From: Podarcis pityusensis
Lineage: Eukaryota
DNA length: 64,000 nt
Strand: one strand, 5' to 3'
Assembly (NCBI GenBank): GCA_964106645.2
Contig: OZ067042.1
Positions 37,631-50,012 of the stretch are shown here, one piece after another. A program made the translations under genes and the position numbers. Numbering within the stretch: the first letter of the stretch is position 1; each line of letters starts with the position of its first letter. A model generated the notes under the pieces. That model did not search any database, was not told the origin of the DNA, and worked only from the letters and a program-made list of their open reading frames with translations.

Positions 37631-40627
37631 GGCTTCCTGTCATGAAGTCAGCACAGTATGGGAGTAAAGCTTCCTAGGCATTGCAATGGGATTGTTGTTT
37701 GGTATTGAGTGCCAGTGTTGGGCATGCCCGCTATAGAAATTGGTGGCTTCAGGCACACCTGACAGCAGCACAGTGTAAAGTCGTGGCTTCATCCCGATGT
37801 TGGTGTCATAGGCAAGTAGGATAACTGTTTGTTGGGACCCTCCCTGCCCCATTGCTAATTTCGGTTTTCAAAAACACATGTCTGGTAGAAAAAATGGCAA
37901 GCACAATTGATACGGCTCGATTTATTTTAAATTGCAAGATTTTGTAATGCAACAATATTTGATTATCTTTCTCAATGCAAAGGAAAATGTTTCAGCACAT
38001 GAAGCATGACTCTTGTGAACTGTAATGTGAAGATTTAAGTCTCTTAAAAGTTTCAGTTAGAGGCACATCAAAATCTCACTCTGTGTGGGTTTTTCCTTTG
38101 CAAATAGCTATAGTGTGAATATAATGAAACATGCCTATTACTAAAGGGTTTAGAAAAGCAACAGTTTTGTTGGTCCATAAGAAAAATTCCAAAACCTCAG
38201 ATTGGGTTATACTTGCATTACAACCTCTGAAAACATAATAAAATAGAACTTGGACCTGGTATTAAGAAAAAAGGTGGGGTGGTTGAACTTGATGTTGAAG
38301 CCACAAAGTGTAAATTTAGTCATCATCTTAAAATAGAGCATAAGAGGAGATTTCAGACTTATAGGACAATTCTGAAAATGCTTACTCAGAGGTAAGTCCC
38401 ATTGAATTTAATGGGGGCTTACTCTTTATGCATCCTTTGCTTGGGAGAAAGCTCCATTGGTAGACAAGCATGGGATTTGGATAACAGTGGCTTAAGTTCT
38501 GATGCTATGAAGTTTTCAGGTTGAACTGGAGATTTCTGGGACAAAGAAGCATGCAATAACTGATCCCGCATCTTTGAAAACAAAAAAATCTAGCTGCTAC
38601 CAAGATCTACTTGCAGCCTTAAGCAAAACACACAAGAGTTTTGTGAAGAACAGAAATATATTTCAGCTTTTTAAAATTTACTTTAGGAATTAATTTTCTT
38701 TGGATTATAGAGCACAGAAGACTTTGTAATCACTTTATGTATGAATATACAAATAGAGCCTGTGTGAAGAGAGCAGACTCCTAAAAACTGGCAGCAAAAC
38801 CCAAGAGAGCAACTTGTATAGTATTCCTATATTATATCCCAGTTCCAGCTAATGCTAACTGGAAAAACACACACTCCAAACTGCTAGTTGTTTCAGCACA
38901 TCCCTTTAGGTGAATTACCCATTCAGGCAACTATCCAATTCATTAACATTCTTATTCATATCCCTGAGATATTAATAATGGCATAGTGATAGACTCATTT
39001 ACAGTAATCATGTCTAAACCAAATGATCATTTTGACCACATTTCCTTCTACACACAGCTATTTTCATTTCCAAAGTTGATTTGGCAAATAAAATAGTGCC
39101 ACAATGTATTACATTTTTGCACACATTTGTTCATTCACAGACACACAAACACTTAATCCATTCAGCCCAGTCTTATGTACAGTTAGGATCACCTGGTCAG
39201 TGCCTTAGGGGTGTCTAACTCTCATAGACTCATTCTCTGTTTCTTTTTTCTTGGAAAGACACTACTGTGGAGGTCCACACTGCATGCTGCAGTGTGTGGT
39301 GCCATCATAATTTTCACCATCCTGGTAGAGTGGATCCAAAACTGTTTAGTTTCCTGGAAAGGTGCAAAATTTGGGACCCTCTGATACACTAGCCTAGAAC
39401 TGGTGCAGCAAAATAATATTAATAACCCATCAGCACCTCCTTCTGCCCTGGCCAGCACATGCAGCAGCTCTTAGGACAGGGGTTGTCAACTGGTGCCTAA
39501 CCAGACCTTTATTGGTGCCCCTGGGCAGTGGCCCCAGACTCTTAAGCTTTCATTTATTTAAAAAGTAAGTCTATAGCCCTCCAAGAAAAATAGGAAACAA
39601 AATGTGCTGGTGATTTCTGTGAGGTAGCTTGACTACTCCTACCTGTTAGTGTTTTTAGCCAATGAGTCAAGTCAGAGCTGCAGTGGATATGTAATGTGTT
39701 TGGGCACTAGGCAACAGGATCTCTGGGGTCCCAAAGAGATGCTGTTTTCCTTCCCACTTGGTGCATTTTTGTTGCTTCTGTCTTATTTTCTAGTCCTTAG
39801 CCTCTTCCTAATTGGCCCTTCCTTTCCCCCCAAGCATCCAGGATGCATCTTTCCTGTGATGGGTTCATCTGAAAGCAGATAGTCCATATATGTTATCTTC
39901 TACAAATACTACTACACAATAAGTGTGGGTGGAGGTTAAAGAATCCCCTCTCCCTGCAGAAAGGCAAATGTGGAAGGAGACTTAGGCTTGTCTCATGCTA
40001 TGTAGGAGCTGAAGACCAGGCAGAATTAAGAATTCACTTACAGCGCAATAGCATGTATGTCTACTCAGAAGTAAGTCTCTTAGTGTTTAATAGGGCTTGC
40101 TGCCAGGTCAGTGGGTATAGGATGGCAGCCTAGGCTTTGGGGCATGTTTAGCATTGGGGAAAACAGGGTTCTTGTGCCTTTAGCAGCCATATGACAGGCA
40201 TAAACCGGTTTCTAGCTTAGAAACGCAGTTATGGGGGGAAAGCTCACCATGAGGTTACTCTCTCTATTTTTGGGTTATGCCATGGCCATAATGACAGTGA
40301 TTTTGTGTGATGCCACACACCACACAGCAGCCATTTTGTGACCAGCACTCCCAGCACTCTCAAAATTCAACTATGCCCACTGGTCAACAAAAGTTGGAGA
40401 CCTCTGGCTTAGGACGTAGCTGCAGATCCACTTTGATCTGTTCCAGCCTGCTGCTTCTGACCAGGGCTTCATATTGGTCTTATCATAGTTTTATGCATGT
40501 TGACTCAAAGTATTCAAATGAGTTTACTTCAATGTAAGCATGCATAGAAATGCTGTTGCTCTTTGCCTCCAAAAGTCCTTTATTTTCACATTGGCAGAGC
40601 AATTCCCCCCTCCCCATTCCTCTAATG

Positions 40628-40906
40628 CAGGCACTTCCAACAGGTAGATTGTGATCTACCGGTAGATCACTGGATGTCTGTGGTAGATCACTGGCTTCAC
40701 CCATAGAAGCTCAACAACTTTGGCTCGCCTAAAAAAAACTCAGCATTTTCTCTCTGCACCCCTAAAAAACAGGTCTTCCTCATCCCTAAAAAAAAGCTCA
40801 GCAACTCAATAACTTTGACCTAAACCCCACAAAAGGGGGTTTTTACCGCCAGTTTTTACCGGTAACTGTGAGTAGATCACAGTCACTTGGGAGTTGGCCA
40901 CCCCTG
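40628..40906. mobile_element. hAT MITE
   Basis: cagg...cccctg ends, perfect 8-bp TSD ctctaatg, internal gtagatcac repeats. Confidence 0.85.
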
Positions 40907-41347
40907 CTCTAATGGATTCCTGCAAGGGAGACAGACACCCCTGTATACAACCCTAATCTTCAATATTTCGAGGGAAACAAAATTATATTAATAGCATATT
41001 CATAGTTTTGTTCTGGACTAAAGATGCCAGTAAATCCACCCCTGGACTAGTTTAAATGCATGCTAAAGTGAAATCATGCTCAAAGGTCTGAGACCCCACT
41101 TCTCCAACTGAATTGCCCATTCAGACAACCATCCACAGCCATTAACTCTCTTTTGTCAAATCCCTGATCAGCATCAAGCAGCGGTTTAGATAAAAGCATA
41201 CTGATGAATTCATTTACACAGCAATCAGATGCCTAAGCTCACAATACCAAATGATCACTATGACCATTTATTTTTCCACTGGCACTGCCATTCCAGTTTT
41301 CAGAATTGGGTTGGCAGACAAAACATTGCCACCATAGATTACATTTC

Positions 41348-41370
41348 TGCATGCACGTGTGTGTGTGTGT

Positions 41371-41412
<42 letters not shown>
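41348..41412. repeat. Compound (GT)8(GC)5(AC)15 microsatellite
   Basis: Direct reading; 65 bp of unbroken purine/pyrimidine alternation. Confidence 0.95.
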
Positions 41413-41414
<2 letters not shown>

Positions 41415-42424
41415 CCTGTATCCATTCAGCCCAGTTTTTGGCACAGTTAGGTCCTTTTGAACTACTTATTCCCAACTCCATTGAAATTAGTAGGAAAATT
41501 CCATTTCATCTCTAGCCACAAGCATTCTTTCAATAATTTCTCATGACTGAGCAACTTCATTAAGAAATAACCCTATGGCACCCACCACAGGGTTCAGTAA
41601 ATATCCCCTCAAAAATCCACAATGCTGTTTGCACTGGCGTGCCTTCTTGACGGAACGTGCCCCTTTAAACCTGCCTGTGTTTGGATGCCAGACACTCTCC
41701 CTCTGTTCCGTTCTAAACAGAGGAGAGGTGCAAAGAGTTTCTCTTTGTGAACAAGTGAGGCAGTGACTAATACTCATTAATGGGGTGCTTGTACAATTTT
41801 GTGGCCCTGCCTCTTTTTCTGCTCTTACAGGTGGCACCCATTTGTGCTATGCCACCTTAGCATTGCAGCCATTTTTTATTATGCCACACTGACTGTTGCA
41901 GGCTGGGCTGCTGTTTTGAGCCCATGGACTGCCAGGATACACACCACTCTGTGTGGCATGTGGCAGTCCCTCAAAGCATAAGGGATGGAGGGGTAGTGTT
42001 TTGTTGTTTTTGTTTTAATTATTTACTTGTGCTTTTATTTTGTGTTCTTATTCATGCTCAATATGCAGTGTTATGCCACTGATTCTTATATAGCATGAAG
42101 CAACATGGCAGTTAGTGGCAAATTATCAAGCCTAAAATTCCTTACCATTCTTCAAGGATTTGAAGACTTGAAAATACTTTTGCCACCAGGGGGCAGAAAA
42201 GCACAAAGAAGGATAGCTACAATGCATAGCTTGGAATTAGTGGGGGATGGAATTAAGGCACACTTTCCTTTGACAGAAACATACATTGTAGATTTTTCTG
42301 TGGCTATAAATATCACAAAACTAGACCTAGGTTTGGTCATCATGCTTTCTTTACTTCTTCAGCTGTCATATCTTCAGCTGCAATCCTAAACACTCCTCCT
42401 CCTCCTCCTCCTTCTTCTTCTTCC

Positions 42425-42890
42425 CTGACTTTTTCAAGGCAGCTGACAGATTAAAAACAAGAATTGCTGAAAACAGGAAAAACAAAATTTAAAAATTAAT
42501 AGAATTAAAAACTATATACCTATATAAAATCCATTTAAAGCATACAAATAATTACAATAAAAACAGCATGGCACGGCACCAGCCCTTTCATTAAAAGCAG
42601 TCATTTCCCCAGAGCCTGCTGGAACAAGAAGGTTTAGCTGCCAGCAGAAGGACAATAAAGAGGGAGCCAATCTAGCTTCTCCAGGGAGGGAGTTCCAGAG
42701 TCTGGGAGAAGCCACTGAGAAGGCCCTCTCCGGCATCCCCACCAAAAGGGACTGTGAGGGTGACAGGACCAAGTGCCTCCCCTGAATATCTCAAAACCTG
42801 GGCAGGGTCATATGAGGGGAAACGGATTTTCAGATAGCTTGGACCTAAGCCATGTAGGGCTTTATAGGTCATAACTAGACTCTGAATTGT
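42425..42890 (-). mobile_element. L2 LINE 3' fragment
   Basis: MTYKALHGLGPSYL and RAFSVASPRLWNSLP, typical of the L2 ORF2 C-terminus. Confidence 0.85.
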
Positions 42891-42892
42891 AC

Positions 42893-43060
42893 CAACTGGA
42901 TAGCACAACTGGACACCTTCATTTGCCCCATCTGCAACAAAACATGTCTCTTCCACATCGGTCTCCACAGCCACAGCCGGCGCTGCAACCATCCAACAGC
43001 TTGACCTCACCCCCAAAGGCGCACTCCTCCTTTGTCTCCCGAGACAGACAGATGCCAACT
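42893..43060 (+). mobile_element. RTE-clade LINE 3' fragment
   Basis: Frameshifted C2H2-like tail (FICP.CNKTCL.HIGLHSHSRRC) followed by gagacagacagatgccaac 3' end. Confidence 0.65.
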
Positions 43061-45761
43061 CAAAGGTCTCTTGAGTGAACGCCCAATGGACCCAATGACT
43101 TGGTCAATAAGCCCTATCACTTCATTGCTTTAACACTTCCATTGGACTCAGTTTTGAAGACTCTCCTGAAAATATTGCTCAAGGTACATCTTCTAAACTT
43201 CCACAGTGTATAGACCGATGTAAATAATTCAAGGCCTGGGAGATTCTCTCTAAATCTCCTTTAGCATTTCCATCACATATCTGATGCTCCTTAGCCAGTT
43301 CTTGCTTCTTATGTAATGGGAGAGGAGGCATAGAAAGATTACTGGAGGACACAGCAATCTGTTTGCAAACCCATGTGCTCCAACACCAGTAAATACAAAC
43401 TGAAATACAAATTTAAAGCTCGTTGTCAGATCCCAAAGTTCACAGGCATATTGCCAGATCACAAATATATCTCACTGAGGACAGATTGGCTGAGCAGGTG
43501 CTAAAGAAAACACAAAACACAGCACATGCTGTTCCAGTATTTTTCATTCGTGGACTCGGGTCACATGATGACAAGGTGCTAGCCAATCGTATTCACTTAC
43601 ATAAGGCTAGCCTCCAGCCTTCTGGTAGTGAAAGATTCCCCATCCACCTGCCCACACATGCATACTTCCCTAACTTACTGAGATGCTCAGTCTATTTGAT
43701 GAAGTGGGAGTTGTGAGAGAACAAGCTTTCATGACAGGAAACTAGAAATGTCAAAGAAAGGAAAGAAAGAAAGATTTAGGATGCTGTAATCACAGTAGCT
43801 ATTCCCCAGCTTGAGAAACCCACCCCCTTCTTGGTTCAGCCAGGTCTGGCTGATATTTAACATTCCCCCCCCCCCCCCAGATTTACTCAATTTCCAGTAA
43901 ACTGCACCTCCTTTAATTCCCACTTATTAGAAAGATATCTAGGAGAGTTCAAGTATTCCAAGAGAAAGGGGGAATTCTTAAGTTATAAAAAGGTGGTTTT
44001 TTTCTTCCTAAGGAGGGAAGAAAACCCCCAAAGGAAGATACTTTTTGCCCCAAAGAACTCTACAGAATAGACTTTGTGTGAATATGAGCATTTAGCCATA
44101 AGAACGGTGATGTTTTCATTGCCAGATTTTTAATCGGGAGAAAGGACATGGAAGGAGAACAAGGAAGCAGCTGAGTTTTAAAAGCCGTAATAATGTGACT
44201 TCAGCAGCCCACACATAAAATGGCTAAATGTCAGTTCAGGACAAAGCTTAGACAGGCAGTTTCTCAGCAATTTAGACATCCTTTTCATGGAACACCTAGT
44301 TTCAAGGCATACAAAAGGTGAGCCTGTTCTCAACCTCATCTCTGTGATCGATTTAGCCTACACAATGCACCATTATAATTACTAGCAATAGCAACAATGA
44401 CCTAATATAATTATGTTTAACACCTCAATAATTAGTGAGCTTCTGAGGTATAGAAATAATGAATTGGAAGTGGCAGGAGGGTGAGAATAAAGGGTGGCAG
44501 TTCAAAAGGCCTGGCACATCAAATGCTTTGAAGTGGTTTTCAAGCTTTTTGCCTTCCAAGAACCCTTTCCTCACTGACTTGTCTGCTTTGGAATCCCTGT
44601 GCATATGCGCAGAGCCCTTGTCTGCTGAAGAGCATTCTGGGACATGTTTTAGGGTGAACTTAGAAAGTTTGCACAAGCCAGGACATGAACTTAGAATATA
44701 TGCAAAACTCCCCACATGGTGCCACATGGTATGGGGGAAGATCAAGAGTGCGGAACAAATGGTCTTTCATGGAAGCCAGCTCATCTTTGCTGGTTTTCTC
44801 ATTGAAGAACACCAGGGTCCTCCAGAATGTAGTTTGAAAACCATCGAGAGCTATAGAGAGAGTGAAGAGATGCCTCTGATCATGCCATCTTTTCATAGTC
44901 AAAGCTTTCTTAAACCCTTTTCAGGCATTAAACAACTGGAGGGGAGAGGGGCAGTAAGGATGCGAACAAGACATTTCCCTCTCCATTGCTATTTCACAGC
45001 AGGGAGACTTTGTTTCTATAGAAGTTTCTGTGGGAGGAAAAATATGGATTCCTGTGACACATGTGTGCACGGCAAATAATAAAAGAATCAGCTGAGTGCT
45101 TTGATTCAAAACGTGGGGCTGAATTCTCTCTCCAGCAGGGGAGAGCCACACACTCAAGCAGTACCGTGAAGCATTGGCATGTAGGCTGTTAAACCTTTTG
45201 CATATTCCATTTAGTCCACTTGCAAAGCGCTCCCCTCTTTCTACCCCACTTCCAATGGACAGACCACTTACTTTTAAGTAAGCTTAAAATGTGTTACTTA
45301 CCAAATGTTCCAGATGTTAGATTCATGCATTTACCCAAGCAGCAGTAAGGAGAACACAGGCAGAATACTCTTGTGTAGAAAACACAGAGAAATAGCTTCA
45401 AACACATGCTCTAAGCTTGGAGCAAAGCTTAGACACATCTTCCTTGGTCAGATAAATGGTGAGATGAGAGACAGGAGGAATAAGAAAATTTCACTTCCTC
45501 CCTCATCATCTCCCTCATCAGAGAAGAGATGGCATGGCCTACCTGAGTCCAGGAACACAGTTCTATGATCTTAATTCCTTCATGCACTCACTAATGTTCA
45601 TGCATAGTTATGTTTGGGTGCAATTTCCTGTGGCCCCTTGCATAATTAGGGTTCTGTAATGTGCAAGAAGACTCCAGGAATACAAAAAGCTACCCCTTGC
45701 AGACTCCACGCAGCTGAGCTAGTGTTTAAGAGGGCTTTAAACTGTTTTTCAACATCTATAC

Positions 45762-45897
45762 CAGGCATAGGCAAACTCGGCCATCCAGATGTTTTGGGAC
45801 TACAATTCCCATCATCCCTGACCACTGGTCCTGTTAGCTAGGGATCATGGGAGTTGTAGTCCTAAAACATCTGCAGGGCCGGGTTTGCCTATGCCTG
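45762..45897. mobile_element. hAT MITE (136 bp)
   Basis: TIR caggcataggcaaac / gtttgcctatgcctg; TSD atctatac / atctatat. Confidence 0.9.
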
Positions 45898-46247
45898 ATC
45901 TATATTCCCCATATGAGTATGCTATCTGCTATCAAGGAGCACATGAGTATTATCCTTCCCCTGCATATTATCCTCTCCCCTAGTCAGGACACCCATCCTG
46001 TCCAGAGCACAGATAATAAACCTACCATGAGTTGGAATCATCCTGTCAATCCCTGACTCATCTGCTTGGAATTCTGATCCCTGTTTCCTGTTTAAGAAAG
46101 TGATGGTTGTTTCTTAAGTTCCACACCAGGGTCTGAACCTATGGGAAACATACCCTCCAATACTGAGGTCCGGAGTGGATGAATATGTGACTTAGATCAT
46201 TCCATTTACAAAAGCAATTCCCTACGTTCAGAGGCAGTATTCCCCTC

Positions 46248-46493
46248 TGTTATGTACTAAAGTTCTCACCCTGGGCCTGCAGGGGGATACTGTAGATAGT
46301 TATGCAAATGAAGGATCGAAAGTGACGTTCAGTTATTGGATAGTTTTAGAAAGTTGCTACAGTAACGTTGTAGTGGAGCTCTATATAAGCAGGCTGACTG
46401 AGCCCTTCAGCTCAGTTCTGTTCTGGCCTCTGAATAAACAAGAGCTGTTGAAGAATCGCTGTGTCGTCTGATATGTTCACGCACAACTTAACA
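46248..46493 (+). mobile_element. Solo LTR (246 bp)
   Basis: TGTTA...TAACA ends, 5-bp TSD ccctc, octamer atgcaaat, TATA ctatataag, AATAAA. Confidence 0.9.
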
Positions 46494-47339
46494 CCCTCAA
46501 TGCCAGTTGATGGAAATCACAAGTGGGGAAAGTTCTGTTGCATTTAGGTTCTGCTTGCCAGAAACATCTGGTTGGCCATTGTAAGAACAGGACGCTGGAC
46601 CAGATGGAACTTTGGCCCTAGCCAGCAGGGCACTTCTCATATTCTTATATTTTTACTCTCCTACCCTGCTGAGAGTCAAAACAAAACTGGCTGATTGAAA
46701 AGCAGTGACCTACAATTGACATGGACAGGATTTTGATTCTACTTAACAGACACCCCTACATAACAGATAGTAAGAAAGGACGGTTGTTTTCAAAAGCCAA
46801 AGAACACACGTTTTTAGCTCTGTGTCAACACTAATCATCCTTCAGGACCATTTGTTTATAGAGTCGCAACAGGTTCCATTTTGTGTCTAGAAATAACATA
46901 TTCCAGTAGGAAACCACGTTGGGATAATCGCTGCACCAAGGGCAAGATCTCAGAAAGTATGCATCTGAAATAATAGTATTAATGACTCATTGGCATCCAG
47001 CATTTTGATGTACAAAGAAAGCAACGGGATATTCTACCCCCAAAGGTTACCCTCCATCCCCAAGCATCATTCCAGCCAATAAATGAATACATCTGCCCCA
47101 TAGTTTTCCTCTGTCTTTAATATGGGTCTGTAATAGCACCGATTAGAAGAGCTCTCACAATGTGAAACAAATGCATGAAAAAGTAACGTACAAAAGCAAC
47201 ATTCAAAAATCCAAAGCTTTGTGAAAGGTCAATATTCAAATATAAGGGATGTTGTGAAAATCTGGCCCATTCCATGGAGTTCAATGCAACTTTAGATATT
47301 TTGAAATAAAGGTAATCAGAACATTTTAAAAATTATAAT

Positions 47340-47482
47340 CAGTACCATTTCCCCCCTGGGGGTACTCAAGGGCACGCGGTACCGGCACCTTTCCTCCTCA
47401 AAATGTTAAAAGTGTGGCACATACTGTAACAACTTCGTGATGAGCACCGGTGCATTTTTTTTCTAAAAGAAAAAAAGCACTG
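47340..47482. mobile_element. hAT MITE (143 bp)
   Basis: cagt...aaaaaagcactg ends, perfect 8-bp TSD attataat. Confidence 0.85.
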
Positions 47483-48513
47483 ATTATAATGAGCTACAAA
47501 AAGGGATGAATATTAAAAACAGACCATAAAAGGTTACCTAACAAAATTGAAGGAAGGAAATGTCCCTTTACTTGGAACAAATTTTGTTGAAACATTATGA
47601 CATCATAGCATTTGTGGGCCAGTGTAGGTATTATATGGAAATGCATAGCCAATGGGGGCAGGGGGAGGTTGTTTGCATTGGCTACTGGTTTCAAATTAAA
47701 CAAGTCTTCTCCAGCAGTCCATTCAAGCAGCAGCTAGGATTGTCCTCAGCATCACTTGACCCTCTTGCTCTCATTCTGGGATCAAATCAGAAACCGGGAG
47801 GGCTTCTCTAAATCAGGGACGTTCCTGGAAAATAGGGACACTTGGAAGGTCCGCTATACTAAACTGAAATGTTTAAAAGTTTATTTGATTGTCCTTGAAT
47901 CTTCCCAGCACACTTGCCATCTGCTCCTGCCACACCAGTGTGGCGCGCCACAACCTTTGAGAACCACTGTTATACAGCATGCATGCAATAATCTCCTGAC
48001 AGATTTTTTTAAAAAAATGAAAGGAGCCTGCAAGCTTGAATGAGAGAATGTTAATGGGGAACAGTTGCTTAACCCTTTCCCCTCCAGCCATTTTGCTGCT
48101 CAGAATTCAGCCCCCACCCCAACTTACTTTTCCATGGTTGGGGGGAGGGGAATCTCGTTCTGTAGGTGGAAAGGCATCTTGTAGCAAGAAAATGGCAAAC
48201 CCACCCATACAGGTATATCTAGTAGAGACAGTTGTTTCTTCAAAAGGTAGGTGAAGTCCTGACAGGAAAATATGACGTGAAGATTAAAAGCTTCTAGAAC
48301 TTCCTTGTTACATATTAATTTGCAGAAACTGCTCCAAGCAAGAGAACAATGTTGGAATAAAGTTTCCCTTGATGCTTAAGACATTAAAGGTTACCATATA
48401 TCAGCCGCAGGGCAAAGTGATCCATAACGAAGCATGCAATTTTCAGATGGGCTGGGCTGAAGAAGATAAAGCAGCAATGTCATAGAAAGCAAAAACATTA
48501 CATAATAGGATAT

Positions 48514-49060
48514 TAGAATCATAGAATCGTAGAGTGAGAAACATGGGCGTAGCCAGGGGCCCCCGGGAGGGGCAGCTGCCCCCACTAAATCAATAAAAAT
48601 CAATGAAAATACATAGCACACTGAGGTTCTTTCCCCCCTATCAAAAGGGGGATACCAAGGATAATCTAGTCCAAGCCCCTACAATGAAGGAATCTCAGCT
48701 AAAGCATCCATCCAAACATTGCTTAAAAACCTCCAAGGAAGGAGAGTCCATCAGCTCATGAGGGAGTCTGTTCCACTGTCGAACAGCTCTTAACCATCTG
48801 ACAGGTCTTACTGATTTTTAGTTGGCATCTCTTCTGTTGTAACTTGAAGCCAATGGTTTAGGTCCTACCCTCCAGAGCAGGAGAAAACAAGCCCGCTCCA
48901 TCTTCCATGTGAAAAACCTTTAGATATTTGAATTATATATAATAATTGAATGGCTATCATATCTCTTCTGTCTCCTCATTGCCCTCCTCTGTACACATTC
49001 CAGCTTGTGAATATCCTTCTTAAATTGTGGTGCCTAGAACTGGACACAGTACCTCAGGTG
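48514..49060 (-). mobile_element. CR1 LINE 3' fragment, interrupted near 48542-48645 by a MITE-like piece
   Basis: agaatcatagaatc tail; body homologous to 37255-37630. Confidence 0.8.
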
Positions 49061-49642
49061 TGGTGGCCCCCCGGCTTCTACTCCAGAAGACCCAAGAGCC
49101 ACCAGCTACCACTGCTAGGTACAGTGTTGCTTTATTTTCAGGTTCCCCCTCTCAAGTTCCCCCTCTGCCTCGCTAAACATTCAAGGGTGTAGCTCAGGGG
49201 CTGCCTTCCCACAAAGAATTCTGGGCACTCAGGTTTAACCCTTGCAGAGTTTCAGTTACCAGCAACCCTTTACAAACTATAGTGCCCAGAATTATTTGAA
49301 GGGGAAAATGCGCTTCGAATGTGTTTTAAGGGGATAGTGTGTATATGCAGGGCAAACAGGAACTGCTCTTCCTGCTCAGTTCCTGTTTGCCCTGGCTCCT
49401 ATTCTCCTATATGGGACACACCATCTTAAGCATGCCAACATTTTATGGGATGCCAGGATTGGACACCCACCTTCTCTTGTGCAAAGAGCATCTCACTGTG
49501 AGTGAGTGCAGCAGAAGCTGATGTAGGTGCCTTTCCGGCACTGATGGTGGTGGTGAAGGAGGGATGTCCATATCTTGTGATGGTCCTGGTCAGACATTTT
49601 GTGCCATATGGTGCCCCTGCGCCAGCCACATTTGTGTTACGC

Positions 49643-50012
49643 TGTTATGTACTGAGTTGAATAGGATCCAAACTGCAGCAGTCTGATTGGTCCTAGAACA
49701 ATAGGATCCAAAATGCAGCAGTCTGATTGGTCCTAGAACAATAGGATTCAGAATGCAGCAGTCTGATTGGTCCTAGAACAATGCAACAGTATGATTGGTT
49801 GGCAGGAACCACCCAATCCTGCTCCAGATAGAAGTGAATCCACAACCTGATTGGCTTACAGTAGAATTCCAGAATTAGCCAATCATGTGCAGCCCATTGT
49901 GTAAATAATGTATATAAAGCAGATACTGTGAGGGGACATTCATTCATTCCTCCTCACCACTATGAGCTGAATAAAGAGCATGAAATCACTTTGCGACTCT
50001 GAGTATATTTCA
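49643..50012 (+). mobile_element. Solo LTR (370 bp) with internal 40-bp tandem repeats
   Basis: TG...CA ends, perfect 5-bp TSD tacgc, TATA at 49911, AATAAA at 49970-49975. Confidence 0.9.
49661..49780. repeat. 3 x 40-bp tandem repeat inside the LTR
   Basis: ataggatccaaaatgcagcagtctgattggtcctagaaca, three near-identical copies. Confidence 0.95.

Noticed and set aside
49661-49780. Regular 40-bp repeats as a CRISPR-like array
   Set aside because: No unique spacers, eukaryotic context, and the repeats lie inside a TSD-flanked solo LTR.
46248-50012. One full-length LTR retrotransposon bounded by the two LTRs
   Set aside because: The LTR bodies differ, each has its own TSD, and no gag/pol lies between them.
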